Below, in pieces: positions 7,912 through 12,149 of a DNA stretch of 12,149 nucleotides. Each line of letters begins with the position of its first letter. Within the stretch, counting starts at the first letter, position 1. The position numbers were made by a program, and so were the translations under genes. The notes beneath the pieces are model-generated. The model had not been told where the DNA came from. It ran no database searches and worked only from the letters and a program-made list of their open reading frames with translations. The DNA is from Octopus sinensis. Its lineage: Eukaryota. Where the stretch lies: contig NW_021826702.1 of NCBI RefSeq assembly GCF_006345805.1, positions 1 through 12,149 on the forward strand. Reading direction: 5' to 3'.

Positions 7912-8692
7912 CATACATACATACATACATACATACATACGTACATACATACATACTTACATACATACATACATACATACATGCATACACACATGCATGC
8001 ATACAAACATACATACATAAATACATACATACATACATACTTACATACATACATACATACAGACATACATACATACATACATACATACATACGTACATAC
8101 ATACATACATACTTACATACATACATACATACATACATAAATACATACATAAATACATACATACATACATACATACATACATACATACATACATACATAC
8201 ATACATACATACATACATACATACATACAAACATACATACATACATACATACATACATACATACATACATACAAACCTACATACAAACATACATACATAA
8301 ATACATACATAAATACATACATAAATACATACATACATACATACATAAATACATACATAAATACATACATACATACATACAAACATACATACAAACATAC
8401 ATACATAAATACATACATACATACATACATACATACATACATACATACATACATACATACAAACATACATACAAACATACATACATACATACGTACATAC
8501 ACACATGCATACATACAAACATACATACATACATACATACGTACATACACACATGCATACATACAAACATACATACATACATACATACATACATACAAAC
8601 ATACATACATACATACATACATACATACATGTATACATACATACACACATACATACATACAAACATACATATATATATATATATATATATAT
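7560..8692. repeat. About 1.1-kb (ACAT)n tetranucleotide array ending in (AT)n
   Basis: Direct reading. Variant units include AAAC, ATAA, ACGT, ATGC and ACTT. It is the source of the YIHT/YVCM ORFs. Confidence 0.98.
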
Positions 8693-8940
8693 GTTAGGGA
8701 CTCGCGGTTGGAGGATCCCGGTTTCGATTCCCAGACCGGGCGTTGTGTGTGTTTATTGAGCGAAAACACCTAAAGCTCCACGAGGCTCCGGCATGGGATG
8801 GTGGCGATCCCTCACTCTTTCTTGTGTTGGCCTGCTCGCTTAGCCAACGCGGTGGCATCATTTGAAAGCTAAAACAATGCGCATTATGTTCAGCGATGTG
8901 TAGCAACGTCTGATAGCCTGGCCGGTCACGTGATCACCTG
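8693..8940 (+). mobile_element. tRNA-type SINE, family C, 5' head partly missing, embedded in (AT)n
   Basis: B-box-like GGTTTCGATTCCC at 8720-8732 is followed by AGACCGGGCGTTGTG...TTGAGCGAAAACACCTAAAGCTCCACGAGG, a body I recall as an octopus SINE. It is a single copy here, so the window gives no internal confirmation. Confidence 0.7.
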
Positions 8941-8994
<54 letters not shown>

Positions 8995-8996
8995 TA

Positions 8997-9029
<33 letters not shown>

Positions 9030-9084
9030 TGTATGTATGTATGTGTGTTGTGTATGTATGTATGTATGTATATATGTATGTATG

Positions 9085-9115
<31 letters not shown>

Positions 9116-9129
9116 GTGTATGTATGTAT
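8941..9129. repeat. (AT)n followed by (ATGT)n
   Basis: Direct reading. It is the reverse-complement counterpart of the (ACAT)n(AT)n tract left of SINE C. Confidence 0.97.
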
Positions 9130-9172
9130 AATCAAAATCGGAACTTTAAACAGTGCCGAATCCGAAGGACTT

Positions 9173-9250
9173 GTCTCTACTCGAGAGCCGTCTCTACTTG
9201 CGAGCCTGTCTCTACCCGAGGGCTGTCTCTACCCGAGGGCCTGTCTCTAC
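9173..9250. repeat. Minisatellite, 4.5 units of 17-18 bp with invariant GTCTCTAC
   Basis: Units start at 9173 (GTCTCTACTCGAGAGCC), 9190 (GTCTCTACTTGCGAGCCT), 9208 (GTCTCTACCCGAGGGCT), 9225 (GTCTCTACCCGAGGGCCT) and 9243 (GTCTCTAC). Confidence 0.93.
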
Positions 9251-9680
9251 TCTATTACTGTACCAGCTTGAAATATATCTGTCAAGCTTCTTTCAAACGT
9301 TACTATACTATCTTGAATCCCGCGGAGAGCGGAGACCAACAGATCATACAGCTTCGGAAGAAAAACTGAAATCTGCATGGATGTTGATGGATGAAACATC
9401 GTCAGTGCAGGTTCAACTCAAAGGCAAGATAAGGATAACCACAGTATAATAACAACAGGAACAACAAAAGAAGCTATGGAAAACCGATCTGGAGTAACGA
9501 GGACATCTACTTGATGAGGTCACCAGTAGTGATCAAAGGACACTAACAATTCTCCTGATTGTTTTTTTTTATTGATTGATTGATTGATTGATCGAACAGT
9601 AAGACAAGAAATTGGTTAATTATTTTTTTTAATTAGCTAACTAGTCGACTAATAAAACGATGCGAAATATAACAAGTATT

Positions 9681-9682
<2 letters not shown>

Positions 9683-9734
<52 letters not shown>

Positions 9735-9750
9735 GTGTGTGTGTGTGTGT
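9683..9750. repeat. (TG)n microsatellite
   Basis: Direct reading. Confidence 0.98.
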
Positions 9751-9878
9751 TTACTGGCAAAATGACGCTCTCAGGACAGAGCATCATCTGCTTGGAGACT
9801 GGATTTCAAATGAAAAATTTTATAAAGTAAATGCAAAAACAAACAAAATCAAAATTTACTGTAAAAGTTTATGAATCT

Positions 9879-10295
9879 GGCGCAAGAGTGGCTGTGTGGT
9901 AAGTAGGTTGCTTACCAACCACATGGTTCCGGGTTCAGTCCCACTGCGTGACAGCTTGGGCAAGTGTCTTCTACTATAGCCTCGGGCCGACTAAAGCCTT
10001 GTGAGTGGATTTGGTAGACGGAAACTGAAAGAAGCCCGTCATATATATGTATATTTATATATATGTGTGTGTGTGTATATGTTTGTGTGTCTATGTTTCC
10101 CCCCACCCCACATCCCTTGACAACCGATGCTGGTGTGTTTACGTCCCCGTAACTTAGCGGTTCGGCAAAAGAGACCGATAGAATAAGTACTGGGCTTACA
10201 AAGAATAAGTCCCGGGGTCGATTTGCTCGACTAAAGGCGGTGCTCCAGCATGGCCGCAGTCAAATGACTGAAACAAGTAAAAGAGTAAAAGAGTA
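9879..10295 (+). mobile_element. SINE family B, full length
   Basis: A box TGGCTGTGTGG at 9889-9899 and B box GGGTTCAGTCCC at 9931-9942. It has a short internal TA/TG tract, 3' hairpins and an (AAAAGAGT)2 tail. Collinear with 6495-6979. Confidence 0.93.
9889..9942 (+). promoter_or_regulatory. Internal RNA polymerase III type-2 promoter (A and B boxes) of SINE B
   Basis: The motifs approximate TRGCNNARYGG and GGTTCRANNCC with tRNA-like spacing. Confidence 0.65.
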
Positions 10296-10304
10296 ACCTC
10301 GAAA

Positions 10305-10535
10305 CTCACACCGCTACCATTTCTTTTATTTGCTGTTATTCTACAAGCAGGGCGACGAGAGTATCCTGCTGGCAATCGTTCAGTGTCCACGCACATAAAA
10401 GATTTGTGGGCATTTGTTGAGCAGTTACTCACCGTCTCGTGTAAGATGAATCCTGTTGTCCGCGAAGCATATATTGCAGATCCTTTCGATATGCATCTTT
10501 CCTTAGCAGAGAAAGAAGACAGATATTAGTATATA
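10305..10535 (+). mobile_element. Tx1-like ORF2 relic C, left part (zf-RVT region)
   Basis: KQGDESILLAIVQCP / IKDLWAFVEQLL vs young copy GQSDETVLHALVQCP / ISDLWAYVEQLL, then ASFLSRERRQIL vs PSFKREGRAIF. Boundaries are approximate. Confidence 0.75.
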
Positions 10536-10537
10536 TA

Positions 10538-11857
10538 CACCCAGGTTTATACCTCATTTGTTTTTAAGAGAGGGTAACCACAAGACATACCAGGAATTCC
10601 ATTCATTTCCCAGCTCAAAGAGGCGAGCCGCATTCTATGCACGGGTCAAGGCATAGAATGCAACCCCAAATATCAGAAGCGGGGCCCGACAGCATATGCT
10701 GGCTTAAACCCTGCCGCATCATGATGGTTCCGCACCCCTTTGAGCAACAACAAAATTCACTCATCTATCCACAAACACTTTCCAAGCTTTCCTACCATCT
10801 ATAAGCTCTCTTGCTTTTCTCATTCCAACACCTCTGACCAGCAAAGCTTTCCTCACTCCGTCCATCCATCCACACAAACCGAGGTCTGCCTCTGGTTCGC
10901 TGCCTACCACGTCTGCCTTGATCACCCTCCATACCATCCGCTCCTCATCCATCCTCTCCATGTGGCCAACCATCCCAACATTCGTTTTGCTGCTCGACTT
11001 CACACCTCTTCATTCCTCATCCTGTCCATCCGTCCATGTCGCACCGATCATAGCCCTCAAAATCTCATCTCAAGCACATCTAGTTGCCTCCTTTCCGCCT
11101 CTCTCAGACCCCACTTCTCTGCACCATATAACATTGTCGGCACAATCATGCCCTCATGCACACCTCTTTCCCTGTTCATACTTAACCTTTTATCTCTCAG
11201 CATACATTTCACAACTCCCAGTACCTCACTCCCCTCCCTCACTCTATATCTCCCTTCCTTGGCTACCCACCCCCTCTGCAATCCAAGATACTTAAAAGCA
11301 CTCACCTCCTCTAACACCTCACCATTTATACTCACATCATCTGGCAATTCCATCTCTTGAGCATCTCATCTCTCTTACTCTGGCTACATTCACTTTCAGT
11401 TTCCTCTTCTCACACGCCCTCCCACCAGTCTCCTCAGTTGCTCTTCCAAATCCGCCACCAGTATTCGATCATCAGCAAACAACAACTGACTCACCTGCAC
11501 ATTTCTCTCCATTTTCTCCCACCAAGGCATTTACCTCGCTCACTACATCAGCCACGGAGACATTACACAACCCTGTCTCAACCCTACCATCAAATAAAAC
11601 CACTCACCTTAACGCACTCTATAAAAACACTGAACACCTCTCAACAATCTACCATCTACTCCATACAAACGCAACACCAGCCACATAGCATCCCTAATCA
11701 CACGGTCATATGCCTTCTCTAGGTCAAATACATCTCGGTCCTTTTTTCCCGAAAGCTTCTCACGCATCTGCTTTTCTACAAATATTTGATCTGTGAACCC
11801 ACTTCCACTCCCAAAACCACACTGTGCCTCCCCAGTACACTCTCAGTTTGGTTCCTC
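10538..11857 (-). mobile_element. 5'-truncated, degenerate RTE-clade LINE (RT domain, thumb, C-terminus and probable 3' UTR) inserted into relic C
   Basis: Minus-strand motifs: EAQCGFGSGSGFTDQIF, DLEKAYDRV, VGLRQGCVMSPWL, QLLFADD, LEEVSAFKYLG, VPTMLYGAEKWGL...LDVLEMR, GHMERMDEERMV...WMDGVRKAL. Stop at 10761. The sense strand is strongly purine-rich. The 3' boundary is uncertain and no TSD was found. Confidence 0.88.
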
Positions 11858-11965
11858 GCTCTTAATGGCTGTGGGAAAATGTTTGAAGATAGGCACTTTC
11901 CTATCTAGTCAAGCCCTCATCCGTTTCTTCAAATATCATTTGAAAAGGAAGGTGATGGTAGAGAA
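11858..11965 (+). mobile_element. Tx1-like ORF2 relic C, right part
   Basis: TFLSSQALIRFFKYHLKRKVMVEK vs young copy FLSGQSLINFFKY-LKRKVRVER. It resumes about where the left part (10535) stops. Confidence 0.8.
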
Positions 11966-12149
11966 GGGGCGAGCTGGCAGAAACGTTAGCACGCCGGGCG
12001 AAATGCTCAGCGGTATTTCGTCTGCCTACGTTCTGAGTTTAAATTCCGCCGAGGTCGACTTTGCCTTTCAGCCTTTCGGTGTTGATTAAATAAGTACCAG
12101 TTACGCACTGGGGTCGATATAATCAATTTAATCCGTTTTGTCTGTCCCT
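11966..12149 (+). mobile_element. SINE family A, cut by the window end, inserted into relic C
   Basis: GGCGAGCTGGCAGAAACGTTAGCACGCCGGGCGAAATGC...GAGTTTAAATTCCGCCGAGGTCGACTTTGCC... is collinear with 3625-3810. Confidence 0.92.

Noticed and set aside
7425-8769. Long ORFs up to 349 aa (YIHT/YVCM repeats), plus YLSI ORFs at 853-1514 and 2827-3141, poly-Ile ORFs at 4201-4957 and YI-repeat ORFs at 5273-5873
   Set aside because: They are translations of (ACAT)n, (GATA)n, (ATT)n and (TA)n tracts, which lack stop codons in some frames. There is no evidence of coding function.
9128-9165. IKIGTLN peptide resembling the N-terminal motif of an APE endonuclease
   Set aside because: I could not find downstream APE motifs (QET, GD.N, SDH) in any frame, so a 7-aa match is insufficient.
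9173-9250. Repeat-spacer-like pattern suggesting a CRISPR array
   Set aside because: The core is 8 bp, the linkers are 9-10 bp and similar to each other, there are no cas genes, and the context is eukaryotic.
10740-11722. Plus-strand ORFs of 206, 125 and 121 aa rich in Ser/Leu/His/Pro
   Set aside because: They are antisense shadows of the purine-rich RTE coding strand.

Overview
Eukaryotic, repeat-saturated DNA, most likely intronic or intergenic and probably from a coleoid cephalopod (Octopus-like). That assignment is inferred from SINE sequences I recall from octopus genomes and from the microsatellite density. No intact protein-coding gene or RNA gene is visible, and most ORF-track entries are translations of microsatellites or antisense frames. 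Positions 1-3166 hold a head-to-tail, minus-strand array of L1-clade (Tx1-like) non-LTR retrotransposon pieces, each separated by (TATC)n/(GATA)n: a 57-nt 3' stub, a 1.6-kb 5'-truncated copy, and what may be the 5' end of a full-length copy. This suggests a microsatellite-targeting, self-seeding element and is the most interesting signal here. The rest contains two older Tx1-like relics on the + strand (one split by a SINE with a 13-bp TSD, one split by a 5'-truncated RTE LINE and a SINE), seven tRNA-type SINE copies from three families, many microsatellites including a 1.1-kb (ACAT)n array, a GTCTCTAC minisatellite, and a few weakly supported micro-exon candidates.
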